NCBI GenBank assembly: GCA_039715015.1
Contig: JBDLIE010000001.1
Span: 1-64,000, forward strand
Length of the DNA: 64,000 nucleotides
From: Thermodesulfobacteriota bacterium
GTDB taxonomy: Bacteria; Desulfobacterota; Desulfobulbia; Desulfobulbales; SURF-16
Reading direction: 5' to 3'
Notes under the pieces: generated by a model
Seen by the model: only the letters and a program-made list of their open reading frames with translations
What the model was told of the DNA's origin: nothing
Databases searched by the model: none
Translations under genes and position numbers: made by a program
Shown here: positions 48,175 through 58,200 of the stretch, piece by piece
Layout of the letters: the number at the start of each line of letters is the position of its first letter
Position numbering within the stretch: the stretch's first letter is position 1

Positions 48175-48810
48175 CCATAAACCCTCCACTTCTAGTGGAG
48201 GACCCGGATAGGTTCTACCGATCCGGGGTGAAAATAAAGTAGGTTCCGCCTCCAAAGAGAGCCTCACTACAGACTGAAATTGGAGAAAGAACCTATGCAT
48301 GAATGGGAAAGCTTATCCCACGTAAGGTGGGATTGCAAATATCATATAGTCATAGCGCCGAAGTGTCGGCAGAAAGTGCTATATGGCAAATTAAAACGAG
48401 ATCTTGGCGAGATACTGCGTGACTTGTGTCGGCAAAGGGGCGTTGGTCTGCTTGAAGGGCACCTAATGGCGGATCATGTCCATATGTGTTTGCGAGTACC
48501 TCCCAAGCATAGCATTGCCTTTGTTATTGGTTTTTTGAAAGGAAAGAGCGCAGTTCGTGTCCATCGTAAAGCAGGCAACAAGCGAGTAACTGGGTTGCAC
48601 TTTTGGGCAAGAGGTTATTGCGTGAGTACAGTTGGCCTTGACGAAGATACTGTTCGCAAATATATCCGCGAACAGGAAAAGGTCGATAAGCAGCAACTTG
48701 AATTGTTTGGTTAATTAACTAACAGCCCCCACGGGGGTCTCCATTATGTTAAACGCCCCCTTCAAGGGGGCTTCCTGAGGCCTCCCGCTCTGTGGGAGGC
48801 CTCACTTTGT
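48175..48810 (+). mobile_element. IS200-like element 2 (distinct sequence, tnpA only); ends approximate
   Basis: Hairpins CCTCCACT-tct-AGTGGAGG (48183-48201) and GAGGCCTCCC...GGGAGGCCTC (48777-48803). Confidence 0.85.
48295..48714 (+). CDS. tnpA: IS200/IS605-family Y1 (HUH) transposase
   Basis: MHEWESLSHVRWDCKYHIV, DHVHM, LKGKSA, FWARGYCVSTVG, VRKYIREQE. Confidence 0.96.
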   Translation: MHEWESLSHVRWDCKYHIVIAPKCRQKVLYGKLKRDLGEILRDLCRQRGVGLLEGHLMADHVHMCLRVPPKHSIAFVIGFLKGKSAVRVHRKAGNKRVTGLHFWARGYCVSTVGLDEDTVRKYIREQEKVDKQQLELFG

Positions 48811-48819
48811 TTTTTCAAA

Positions 48820-48977
48820 CTTTGGTAAGATCCGCTTCAGTCCGAAGGTCAGCTGTGAACAAAACAGCATTTTTCTTGAAATCTTGACCATGTTTTCTTC
48901 TTTGAGCAGCCATTGCTTCCTCCTGCCGGTTTCATAACAACGAATTAACTGAATTTTCACTCTTGGGGGGAGGAGCA
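48820..48977 (-). pseudogene. IS3-family left end and orfA 5' fragment
   Basis: Minus strand starts TGCTCC..., then CAGGAGG RBS and MAAQRRKHGQDFKKNAVLF; about 120 bp closely similar to 51089-51206. Confidence 0.75.
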
Positions 48978-48984
48978 ATCCTTT

Positions 48985-49448
48985 ATTTCAGATGGTCGAA
49001 GTTCTCGTTGTCTTAATGTGATTGATGAATTTGACCACGAAGGGTTGTGTCGAGGTGGACTTTTCTTTGCCTGCAGAGTGAGTAATTCGAGTCCTTGAGC
49101 AGGTGATAGAATGGCGAGTCAAACTCCATGTGTTCCGTTGTGACAATGTCCCTGGGTATATCAGCCGCCGGACAATGGTCTGGGCAGAAAGACAACAAAT
49201 TCGTTTGGAGTTTATTCAGCCAGGGCAACCCCAACAAAATACGTATGTTAACCGGTGCAACCAGAACACTCCGTTGCCGCTGACTAGCTTGTATCTGTAC
49301 GATTCGATAAGGGAAGTCGATGAGTGTGCTACACGTTAGCTGTGGACCTTATAATGATAAACGAACCAACATGCACAGGGGGGGGGCTCCCATGCAAAAA
49401 AAACAGGAGTTTGCGGGGTGAAGCTCTACTGTTTTTCGGGTAAATTAC
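48985..49448 (+). pseudogene. IS3-family (IS407-group-like) orfB integrase-core remnant
   Basis: SDGRS..LNVIDEF, VDFSLPAE*VIRVLEQVIEWR, RCDN, IQPGQPQQNTYV, with frameshifts and stops. Confidence 0.85.
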
Positions 49449-49609
49449 TCTGGAATCTCTCTTGCTCTTATTGCCTTCTTTATCCTCCTTCACAACCAAA
49501 ATCCTCACTTGCAACATTGACGCTTAAGTGATACATGGTGTCAGGCAGTCAATAGAGTTGACTTTTTTTCGCTGTTTTAACGACCAAAACACATTCCAAA
49601 GGAGATTTC

Positions 49610-50629
49610 ATGAATCACTCCCATCTTAGCAGAATTATCTTTTTGTTTATTGCCTTTCAGCTGACAGGTCTTGTCTCTGTGCATGCTGACAACGATAAGT
49701 ATAAGTTGGTTGTTTTTGGAGACAGCCTGGTTGACATCGGCAATTCTCTATCTTTATCCTATTTGCAAACAAACCTGGATGGTTCTGTCGAGTCCAGACT
49801 GGTTATCCCGCCAACTACCCGTTATGACCGAGGTCATTATTCTAATGGTCCCGTGGTTTCTGATTATCTTGCCCGTAAATTTAAAGTGGATTTGAAACTC
49901 TCAAGCCAAGGTGCCGACCTCGACACAGACAGCGTCTGCTATGGATATGGAGGGTCGGAAACCGGCATATCAAATTCCAACGAAGCTCCTGATCCGCGTT
50001 TCCTTCGAGTACCTGGTCTGCGTGCTCAGGTTGACCAGTATATCTATGACGTGGAAGAACAAGGCGTAACCTTGGATGGGGCTGTTTTTTTTATGAATTC
50101 TGGTTCCAACGATTATCATGCTAATCTCGTTTTCGGCAAGATACCACCCCCCTCAATGGTTGTGGACAATATAATTCAAGCCGCAACAGCCTTAACAGAC
50201 AATGGTGCTGAACTGGTGGTAGTTGCGAATGTGCCGGATCTTGGCCAAACGCCATTCTGCAACATGGCTGGCCTATGCGATGTTTTAGGCCAACTTGCTC
50301 TTGTTCATAATCAACTCCTCGCTCAGGGCATTGCGGAACTGAACAGTATGACAGATAGCAAAGTAATTGTTTTCGATACCTATTCGCTCTTTCGCGAGAT
50401 CCTGGCCGACCCGATTAGTTTCGACCTGCCTGATGATATAGGAGCAGGCGCGGCCGGCGGTTGTATTTTTCAGCCACCGTTCGCTTTTCAGTTAAGCAAC
50501 TGCGCATCAGTACCTTTCAAGTCAACAAGCTTATTCTGGGACGAAATGCATCCCGTAACAGAGATCCATAAAATCTTCGCCAAAGAAGTTTGGAAACAAT
50601 CAATCAAAAACAACCTACCGGAAGACTGA
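49610..50629 (+). CDS. Secreted SGNH/GDSL-family lipase/esterase
   Basis: Signal peptide, VFGDSLVDIGN, YSNGPV, GSNDY, NVPDLGQTP, FWDEMHP; AGGAGA RBS. Confidence 0.92.
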   Translation: MNHSHLSRIIFLFIAFQLTGLVSVHADNDKYKLVVFGDSLVDIGNSLSLSYLQTNLDGSVESRLVIPPTTRYDRGHYSNGPVVSDYLARKFKVDLKLSSQGADLDTDSVCYGYGGSETGISNSNEAPDPRFLRVPGLRAQVDQYIYDVEEQGVTLDGAVFFMNSGSNDYHANLVFGKIPPPSMVVDNIIQAATALTDNGAELVVVANVPDLGQTPFCNMAGLCDVLGQLALVHNQLLAQGIAELNSMTDSKVIVFDTYSLFREILADPISFDLPDDIGAGAAGGCIFQPPFAFQLSNCASVPFKSTSLFWDEMHPVTEIHKIFAKEVWKQSIKNNLPED

Positions 50630-50708
50630 GGATTGATTAGCTCCTGGCTGCCTTAATCCAGGCTTCGCGTGCCCAGCTGTTTGATGTGTCCTGAAGCCAT
50701 CGTAACCC

Positions 50709-50741
50709 GAGATTGCCGAGCTGACTTGGCTCGGCAATCTC
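50709..50741. terminator. 13-bp-stem hairpin downstream of the GDSL gene
   Basis: GAGATTGCCGAGC-tgacttg-GCTCGGCAATCTC; no clear U tract. Confidence 0.45.
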
Positions 50742-50751
50742 ACTATGAATC

Positions 50752-51216
50752 TGATCCCCCCTCCCTCCGAAAAAGTGGACACCTGGTTAAGCCACTTTTT
50801 TTCATTTGTAACCATCCTGATTCAAACATTGCAGGTGATTGCAGCCATCCGATGAATGACGTCGTCTTCGGTTGTGATAGGGTCAATGTAGTTGAAGATG
50901 ACCATGGTTTTTTTTAATATCAAGCTTCATGGCGGATTCTTTCAATTTGCTCTTCTGCTCATTCCCCCTCTTCGTTACCATGGAAAGCGTATCGTCCCTG
51001 TCTTTGCTGACATTTCCAGTGCCACCGGTAGAGTATGCCTGGATCTATGAAGATTTATTAACTGTCGACCACACAGAGCGGCCAGACTCAGCTGTGAACA
51101 ACACTGCATTTCGTTTGCAATCTTGACCATGTTTTCTTCTTTGAGCACCCATTGCTTCCTCCTGTCGGTTTCATAACAACGATTAAGCTGAGTGTTCCCT
51201 CTTGGGTAAAGGATCA
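50752..51216 (-). mobile_element. Internally deleted IS3-family element (465 bp, both ends retained)
   Basis: TGATCC...ACAC inverted ends at 50752 and 51216. Degenerate orfA (MGAQRRKHGQD.KRNAVLF...LDILKKTMVIF) is fused to the orfB C-terminus (IFNYI..YHNRRRRHSS...SPAMFE). Confidence 0.8.
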
Positions 51217-51974
51217 AAGTATAGAATCCATTGCAAACGGTACTTGTGTTTATGTTTTTTGTTGGCGCTTGAACCTTAAAATCATTTCATCGCTTTTTTT
51301 ATTTTTCCCTTCTCTTGGATGTTGACTCAAAGAAGTCTTATGGTTGCTTGGTGAAATCTAACTTGACAACAAATGGAGCAGTCCGTAAAAAGCCTGTGTT
51401 TGCAGGTGTTGGCGCGATTGTGACGGGGCTTGAAATGCGCCCAGTTTGATCTGTTTCTTGTAAATGATTGAGGCAAAATGATTTGTTCTAGGATTAAATA
51501 ATTGACAGTTGTAAACAAATGTTGCTAATAGTTGTGAGGAAACAATTCAAGATTGATCAAAGTGGCGCCAAGTTCGCCAAACGAAGGCGCAGTCAGCGTC
51601 CGCCAATGTGAAAGGTCAGGTTCGGGGTGACCGATTGGTTTGCTGGCAAGAGGCGTCTGTTAAGCATGGTTAACAACTTGTTGCTTTGTAGCGTTTGTGT
51701 ACTGTCAAAAGGGATCATCTTCAGGGTGGCTTGAGGTGTCTCAAGTTTGTCTTGGAGAGTTCTGGCTGAAAGAGGCGGCGATGGTCAGACAGACCCGGCA
51801 AGCATTTTTGAGTAAAGACGATTTGCACTGAAGAGCACATAAGGTCAGGCGAATTTTCATGTGCGAATATGCGAATACGCAAAGAGTAGTAAGAAAATAG
51901 AATTTGAAAAAGTTTCCGGTTGTTTTCAGAGAGCACTGTGTTGATTTCTGCGATAAGCGTGCCTAGGTGGGTTT

Positions 51975-54900
51975 ATGAATAATGACTGTTTTGATCTGAC
52001 AAAAGAGCAAGAGGGCCTGTGGTTTGAATATAAACTGCGACCACAGGATACTTCATATAATGCTTACGTGATAACAAAGATAGAAGGCTTATTGGACCTG
52101 GAAAGGTTTCTTGAGGCAGAGTATGAATCTATAAATCACTTGTATACCCCGAGAACAAAATTACAAGAAAATGATAAAGGACATGTACAGCAGTATATTC
52201 TGCCAAAGGTGGAACAAAGGGCCTTGTACTTTGATCTGAGTGAATCAACATCTGAAGAAAGTTCGGATGCTCAGGCTAAAAAAATCATAAAAGAGATTGC
52301 TGATAAACCATTTGATCTTGAAAATGATAGGCTGCTAAGAACGGTCTTGGTCTGTGTGTCAGAAAAAAAGTTTTATTATATGACATGTCAGCACCATATT
52401 ATTTGTGATTCTTGGTCAGCTGGTATCTATCATAATGTTTTAGCGTATATTTATAATAATGGAACTGATGGCGTTCATTCCGTCTATCCTCAGAAGACTG
52501 TGAAGGAGTATTCGCAGGCGAGAGCTGAAATTGATGGCGGTGAAAGGGCTAAGGTAGACGCTGAAAAGTACTGGAGTGGCAGGCTGGATGGTGCGAAATT
52601 ACATTTTGATTTAGGTGTAAACTATGACCATCTTTTAAGTATCATGCGAAAGGAATTAAAATTTGTTTTAGGAGAAAAAATTAATGAGCAGCTGAAAGTT
52701 CTTGCACGTAAAAATAGAACAACACTGTTTTTAGTGCTGATGGCTATGATTAATGTTTTGCTCCATAGATATTGGTCAAAAAAAGATATCTGCATTGGGT
52801 ATGACGTTAACAGTAGGCCAAAGGGATTTAAAGAAGTTGCTGGCTACTTTATCAAAGTATTCCCCATGCGGATACTTGTTGAAGATGATGATACCTTTAC
52901 TAGTTTGGTCAAGAAAATAACTGAGGAGAGAAAGTCTGACTCAAAATATCAAAATATCTCCTTTCCTGAAATTGTAGAAAGCTATCGCAAAAAAGAGAAA
53001 TCAACAGGACATAATCTCAATATATTTTTGGGTCAGACTTCTTTTGAGCTAGATGGGATGAACTTGAATGAATTAGACTGTCAAACCGTAGACGTGTTTG
53101 CCGGTAGTATGAATTTGGATTTAGAGTTTACCTATGATCCAATATTAAATGAACTCCCATTTCTCTTGAGATATAACGGGAATAAGTTCTCTGATGATTT
53201 TATGTCCTGTTTAATCAAGAACTTTCAAGTATTAATTAACAGTGTCATTGATTGTCCTGATGCAAAACTTGCAAACCTTGATCTCATTGATTCAGAAGAG
53301 AAAAAAATACTTTTGGATGACTGGAATAACAATTCTGTTTATTCCCCTAGCGGTATCTCAGTTAATAAACTTTTTGAAGATCAAGTTGGTAAATCTCCCG
53401 ATAAGGTCGCGGTCATCTGTGGTGATGATGAAATTACATATGACGAGTTGAATAAAAGGTCGAATCGATTGGCGCGATATTTGTTGAGCCTGGGGGGGGG
53501 GCACACTGGTTTGGTGGGTGTCTATCTGTCGCGCTCAGTGGATATGGTAGTAGCACTCTTGGCAGTAATGAAAAGTGGAGCTGCATTTGTCCCATTAGAT
53601 CCGATATATCCACAGGATAGATTGAAGTTTGTGATCGAAAATAGTGCCCCTGAGCTGATTTTGACAGAGAGCAGTCTTGCGAAATCATTACCAGAAATTG
53701 GGCCTAATGTTGTTGTGCTGGATAATATTGCAGAAGATGCATTGTCTGGTGCCAGCTCTATAGATCTCCTTCCCGTTGCTCCTAGCGACAGGATGTATGT
53801 GATCTACACCTCCGGTTCAACCGGAGTTCCTAAAGGTGTGCAAATAAGCCATCGTAATGTTGTTAATTTCTTAAAATCCATGGAGAAGAGACCCGGGTTC
53901 ACTGGAGAAGATTCTCTTCTTGCTGTGACCACCATATCCTTTGATATTTCTGTCTTGGAGTTGTTTCTGCCCCTCATTGCCGGGGGGAGGGTGGTTGTCC
54001 TGTCGAGCGTAGATTCTATAAATGCTGAGTCAATCCAGTCAGCAATTAGTTGCCATAATATCACAGTCATGCAGGCCACTCCCTCCACGTGGCAGATGTT
54101 GGAAAATATCGGCTGGCAGGGTGATAAAGGTTTGAAGGTGTTGTGCGGGGGGGAGCCACTTCCATCGCTGTTGGCTTCTCGTTTGCTCGGGAAGGTCGGT
54201 TCGTTGTGGAATATGTATGGTCCAACGGAGACAACTATTTGGTCTACTCTGTCAGAGGTAAATGATCCTGAGCAAATATCTATTGGTAAGCCCATCGATA
54301 ACACAGAGATATATGTCCTCGACAGTAATTTGTCTTTATGTCCTGTTGGGGTGCCTGGATCCCTATACATTGGCGGTCAGGGGGTGTCTGAAGGGTATTT
54401 TAATCGTGATGAGCTAACAAGCGAGAGGTTTGTTGTTAATCCCTTCCTGGATGATCTTGGAGATATTATCTATAATACTGGCGATTTATGTCGTTATTTG
54501 CCGGATGGTAATATCGTCCATTTGGGGAGGATTGATAATCAAATAAAGCTTAGGGGGTACCGGATTGAGCTCGGCGAGATTGAGGCCGTGCTCTGTCAAC
54601 ATGAAGATGTGGAGCAAGCAGTCGTTGTTGTGTCTGGCGATACTCTCAGTGGCAGATATCTAGTCGCATACATTGTCCTTAGTCAAGATGGCCAAGGTGG
54701 TTTTCAACTTGACAGGTTGAAGGAGTTTGTTAGGGGGCGATTGCCGGAGTATATGATTCCTTTGGCATTTGTAGAATTGTTGGACTTGCCTTTGTTGCCA
54801 AACGGCAAGGTCGATAACAAAGCGTTGCCTGAACCGGACAACAAGACCGTTGCTGCTGAGACAAGCTACGTGCCACCCAAAAATGAAAATGAGAAAGTCA

Positions 54901-55199
54901 TATCCCAGATTTGGTCAGAAGTCCTCGGTAGAGATAAGATCGGCATGCATGATAATTTTTTCGACATGGGTGGGAACTCAATACTGTTAACGAAAATTTA
55001 TAGCAGGTTGCGGGGTGTATTGGATAGTCAGTTTGATCTTATTGATATGTTTAAGTATCCAACCGTTTATTCCTTTTTAAATAGTTTGAATGGTGCCGAG
55101 GCTGTTGTTCCTCTGCCAAGAAAGATGAGTGTTGGTGGCCGTAAGGCACGAATGTCTTCTATGAATCAAAAGCGTCGATCTAGAAAAAAATCCCATTAA
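51975..55199 (+). CDS. Nonribosomal peptide synthetase, C-A-T, A domain predicted to activate glycine
   Basis: HHIICDS (C), YVIYTSGSTGVPKG, SFDISVLELF, MQATPS, NMYGPTETTIW, YNTGD, LPNGKVD, FFDMGGNS (T). Manually read pocket resembles the Gly code DILQLGxIWK. Confidence 0.95.
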   Translation: MNNDCFDLTKEQEGLWFEYKLRPQDTSYNAYVITKIEGLLDLERFLEAEYESINHLYTPRTKLQENDKGHVQQYILPKVEQRALYFDLSESTSEESSDAQAKKIIKEIADKPFDLENDRLLRTVLVCVSEKKFYYMTCQHHIICDSWSAGIYHNVLAYIYNNGTDGVHSVYPQKTVKEYSQARAEIDGGERAKVDAEKYWSGRLDGAKLHFDLGVNYDHLLSIMRKELKFVLGEKINEQLKVLARKNRTTLFLVLMAMINVLLHRYWSKKDICIGYDVNSRPKGFKEVAGYFIKVFPMRILVEDDDTFTSLVKKITEERKSDSKYQNISFPEIVESYRKKEKSTGHNLNIFLGQTSFELDGMNLNELDCQTVDVFAGSMNLDLEFTYDPILNELPFLLRYNGNKFSDDFMSCLIKNFQVLINSVIDCPDAKLANLDLIDSEEKKILLDDWNNNSVYSPSGISVNKLFEDQVGKSPDKVAVICGDDEITYDELNKRSNRLARYLLSLGGGHTGLVGVYLSRSVDMVVALLAVMKSGAAFVPLDPIYPQDRLKFVIENSAPELILTESSLAKSLPEIGPNVVVLDNIAEDALSGASSIDLLPVAPSDRMYVIYTSGSTGVPKGVQISHRNVVNFLKSMEKRPGFTGEDSLLAVTTISFDISVLELFLPLIAGGRVVVLSSVDSINAESIQSAISCHNITVMQATPSTWQMLENIGWQGDKGLKVLCGGEPLPSLLASRLLGKVGSLWNMYGPTETTIWSTLSEVNDPEQISIGKPIDNTEIYVLDSNLSLCPVGVPGSLYIGGQGVSEGYFNRDELTSERFVVNPFLDDLGDIIYNTGDLCRYLPDGNIVHLGRIDNQIKLRGYRIELGEIEAVLCQHEDVEQAVVVVSGDTLSGRYLVAYIVLSQDGQGGFQLDRLKEFVRGRLPEYMIPLAFVELLDLPLLPNGKVDNKALPEPDNKTVAAETSYVPPKNENEKVISQIWSEVLGRDKIGMHDNFFDMGGNSILLTKIYSRLRGVLDSQFDLIDMFKYPTVYSFLNSLNGAEAVVPLPRKMSVGGRKARMSSMNQKRRSRKKSH

Positions 55200-55262
55200 T
55201 TGTCTTCATTAGTAATTTTTGCCAATCAGTCAGTCTGTCCACTGTGGTTATAGGTATTGTAT

Positions 55263-58200
55263 ATGGAAGTAGAAGAAAATTCTAAAGAAGGGCATGTCGC
55301 AATAGTTGGCATGTCTTGTCGTTTTCCTGGTGCCTCTGATCTTGAATCTTTCTGGCAAAACTTGAAAAATGGCAAAGAGTCTATCGTGTCTTTTTCAGAT
55401 GACGAGCTAGAGGCAGCTGGGGTGCCTCCAGAGCTCATAGGTGATCCAGCGTATATTAAGGTCGGCTCAATATTGGATGATGTTGAAAAGTTTGATGCCG
55501 ATTTTTTTAATTTTAGCCCTAGAGAGGCAGAGATTCTAGATCCGCAGCAGCGAATATTTCTAGAATGCTCTTGGGAGGCCCTTGAAAATGCAGGTTGTTG
55601 CAGTGATTATTACGATGGGGTGATCAGTGTCTTTGCCGGTCAGGGAATTAATACCTATATGCTTGGTAACCTATCGAATTTAGATAGAACCACTAATGAT
55701 AAATTCGATTTTTTCACGGCAAATGATAAGGATTTTCTGGCAACACGCGTTTCCTATAAGTTGAACTTAAAGGGACCCAGTCTGACAGTGCAATCGGCGT
55801 GCTCTACTTCCATGGTAGCCGTTCATTTAGCATGCCAAAGTTTGCAAATTGGTGAAAGCGATATGGCGTTAGCTGGTGGGGTGTCTGTCCGAGTTCCGCA
55901 GGTTGAAGGGTATCTTCATACTGGCGGCTATCCGCTGTCTGCAGACGGTCATTGTTGTACGTTTGATGAGAGTGCAAATGGTACGGTCTTTGGTAATGGT
56001 GCCGGTGTTATCGTCTTAAAACGTCTTGAAGATGCAATTGAGGAAAACGATCATGTCTATGCCGTTGTGCGGTCCATTGCGATTAATAACGACGGGTCGT
56101 CTAAAATTGGTTTTACCGCCCCCAGTGTTCAAGGTCAGGCTTCCGTCATTATTGAAGCCCATGAGTTGGCAGAGGTTAATCCTGGGTCAATAACGTATGT
56201 GGAGGCTCACGGCACAGGTACTGAGATGGGTGATCCCATAGAGGTCTCAGCCCTCACAGAGGCCTTTCGGGCAAATACATCTGGAAAAGGCTTTTGTGCC
56301 ATTGGCTCACTGAAGACCAATGTGGGACATATGGATACTGCGGCCGGGGTGGGTGCAATAATCAAAACTGCCCTGTCCTTGCAAAACAAGATGATCCCGC
56401 CAAGTTTAAATTTTAAAAAACCTAACCCCAATATTGATTTTGAAAACAGCCCGTTTTATGTTAATGCCGAGCTACAGGACTGGAAGGTTCCAGGCGGCAT
56501 GCCTCGGAGAGCCGGTGTAAGTGCTTTTGGGATAGGGGGGACCAACTCACACCTCATCTTGGAGGAATCTCCTCCTGCTGGTTCTTCAGGGAAGAGTCGG
56601 CCATGGCAGATAGTTACCCTGTCGGCGCGTAGCGAAGCGGCTCTGGATAAAATGACCTCAAATCTGGCTTCATTTCTTGAGGGTAATGGTGCCATCAATC
56701 TTTCAGACATTGCATATACCTTAAATACAGGCAGGAAAACATTTAACTATAAACGAGTGTGTGTTGTTGATGATGTTGATAATGCCATTACGAGTTTGGA
56801 AACCCTTGATCGAAAGAGTGTTTTTACTACGTATAGCGACTCAAGTAATTCAAGAATAGTTTTTATGTTCCCCGGCCAAGATTCAATATATCTGAATATG
56901 GGGTCTGATCTATATGCCAATGAGCCGGTGTTTAAGTATCATGTCGATTATTGTGCTGACAAGTTAATGGCTCATCTCGGTGTTGATATTCGCGATATCC
57001 TCTTTTGCTCCGATAGTTCTCTTGATGACGAAGATGGTGGCAGGTTTGGCAATATTCGCTTTATGCAGCCAATTGTATTTGTTTTTGAATATGCCTTGGC
57101 AAGGTTGTGGATGGCGTGTGGTGTTAAACCTGATGCTATGGTTGGTCATAGCATAGGGGAATATGTTGCGGCATGTTTGTCTGAAGTTATGTCCCTTGAT
57201 GATGCCCTGGATATAGTGGCGTATAGGGGAGATTTGCTAGAAAAACTCCCTGATGGCAAAAATATAGCAGTTTCTCTTTCAGAGAAGGACACCCAAAAAT
57301 ATCTAACAGAAAAACTGTCAATAGCAGTTATTACAACATCATCTCTCTGTGTGGTTTCTGGCCGAGATGATGACGTCAACGCACTGGAGCAAAGGTTGCA
57401 AGGGGATGGTGTTGACTATAAGTCGTTAAACATTCCCAAGGCCGCCCATTCCATATTGATGGAGCCCATTATTGAGCCTCTTCGCGACAAATTTAAGAAT
57501 ATTGAGTTGAATCCCCCTAAGGTACCCTTTGTTTCATGCATAACAGGTGAATGGATACAACCTGAACAGGCAGTTGATCCTAATTATTGGGCTATGCACG
57601 TGAGGAACACGGTGCGTTTTGCTGACGCCATAAGGACAATAGCGGACCAGGAAGAGCAAATTTTTGTTGAGGTCGGTCCTGGCAGGGCGTTGAGCTCCTT
57701 GGTCAAATTGCATGTAGGGCGAAGATCTAAACACGTCGTCCTCACCTCAAGCCGTAACCCCCAGAGCGATGAATGTGACGACGAGTTTTTTTTGAAGAAT
57801 CTCGGTAAGGTTTGGCTGACCGGCATCAGTGTTGACTGGCGGCAGTATTATGAGGATGAAAAACGTCACCGTATCCCATTGCCAACCTATCCCTTTGAGC
57901 GCAAGCGTTTTTGGGTAGAGTCTTCTGGTTATTCTCCTGCCCCTAAATCCAAAGAAAAAAAAGCGAGTGTCGATGAATGTCTGTTTGCGCCCTCGTGGAA
58001 AAGATCTGGTCCCCTTACGCTACGAACTGACTTTGAAGGGGATGAGGGGTGGTTGGTGTTTAGTGATGGTGCTGGTTTATCTCGGCAGGTATCTGAGCGG
58101 TTGTTGGCTGGTAAGCATCATGTGATGGATGTGCGACAGGGGATTGGGTTGGCTGAAGAGCCCGTTAATGATGCATATCACTGCGATAGCAGGGATGAAG

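Noticed and set aside
47965..48295. tnpB/IscB or omega-RNA associated with the IS200 transposases
   Set aside because: No RuvC-type ORF follows either tnpA; the hairpins are explained as IS ends.
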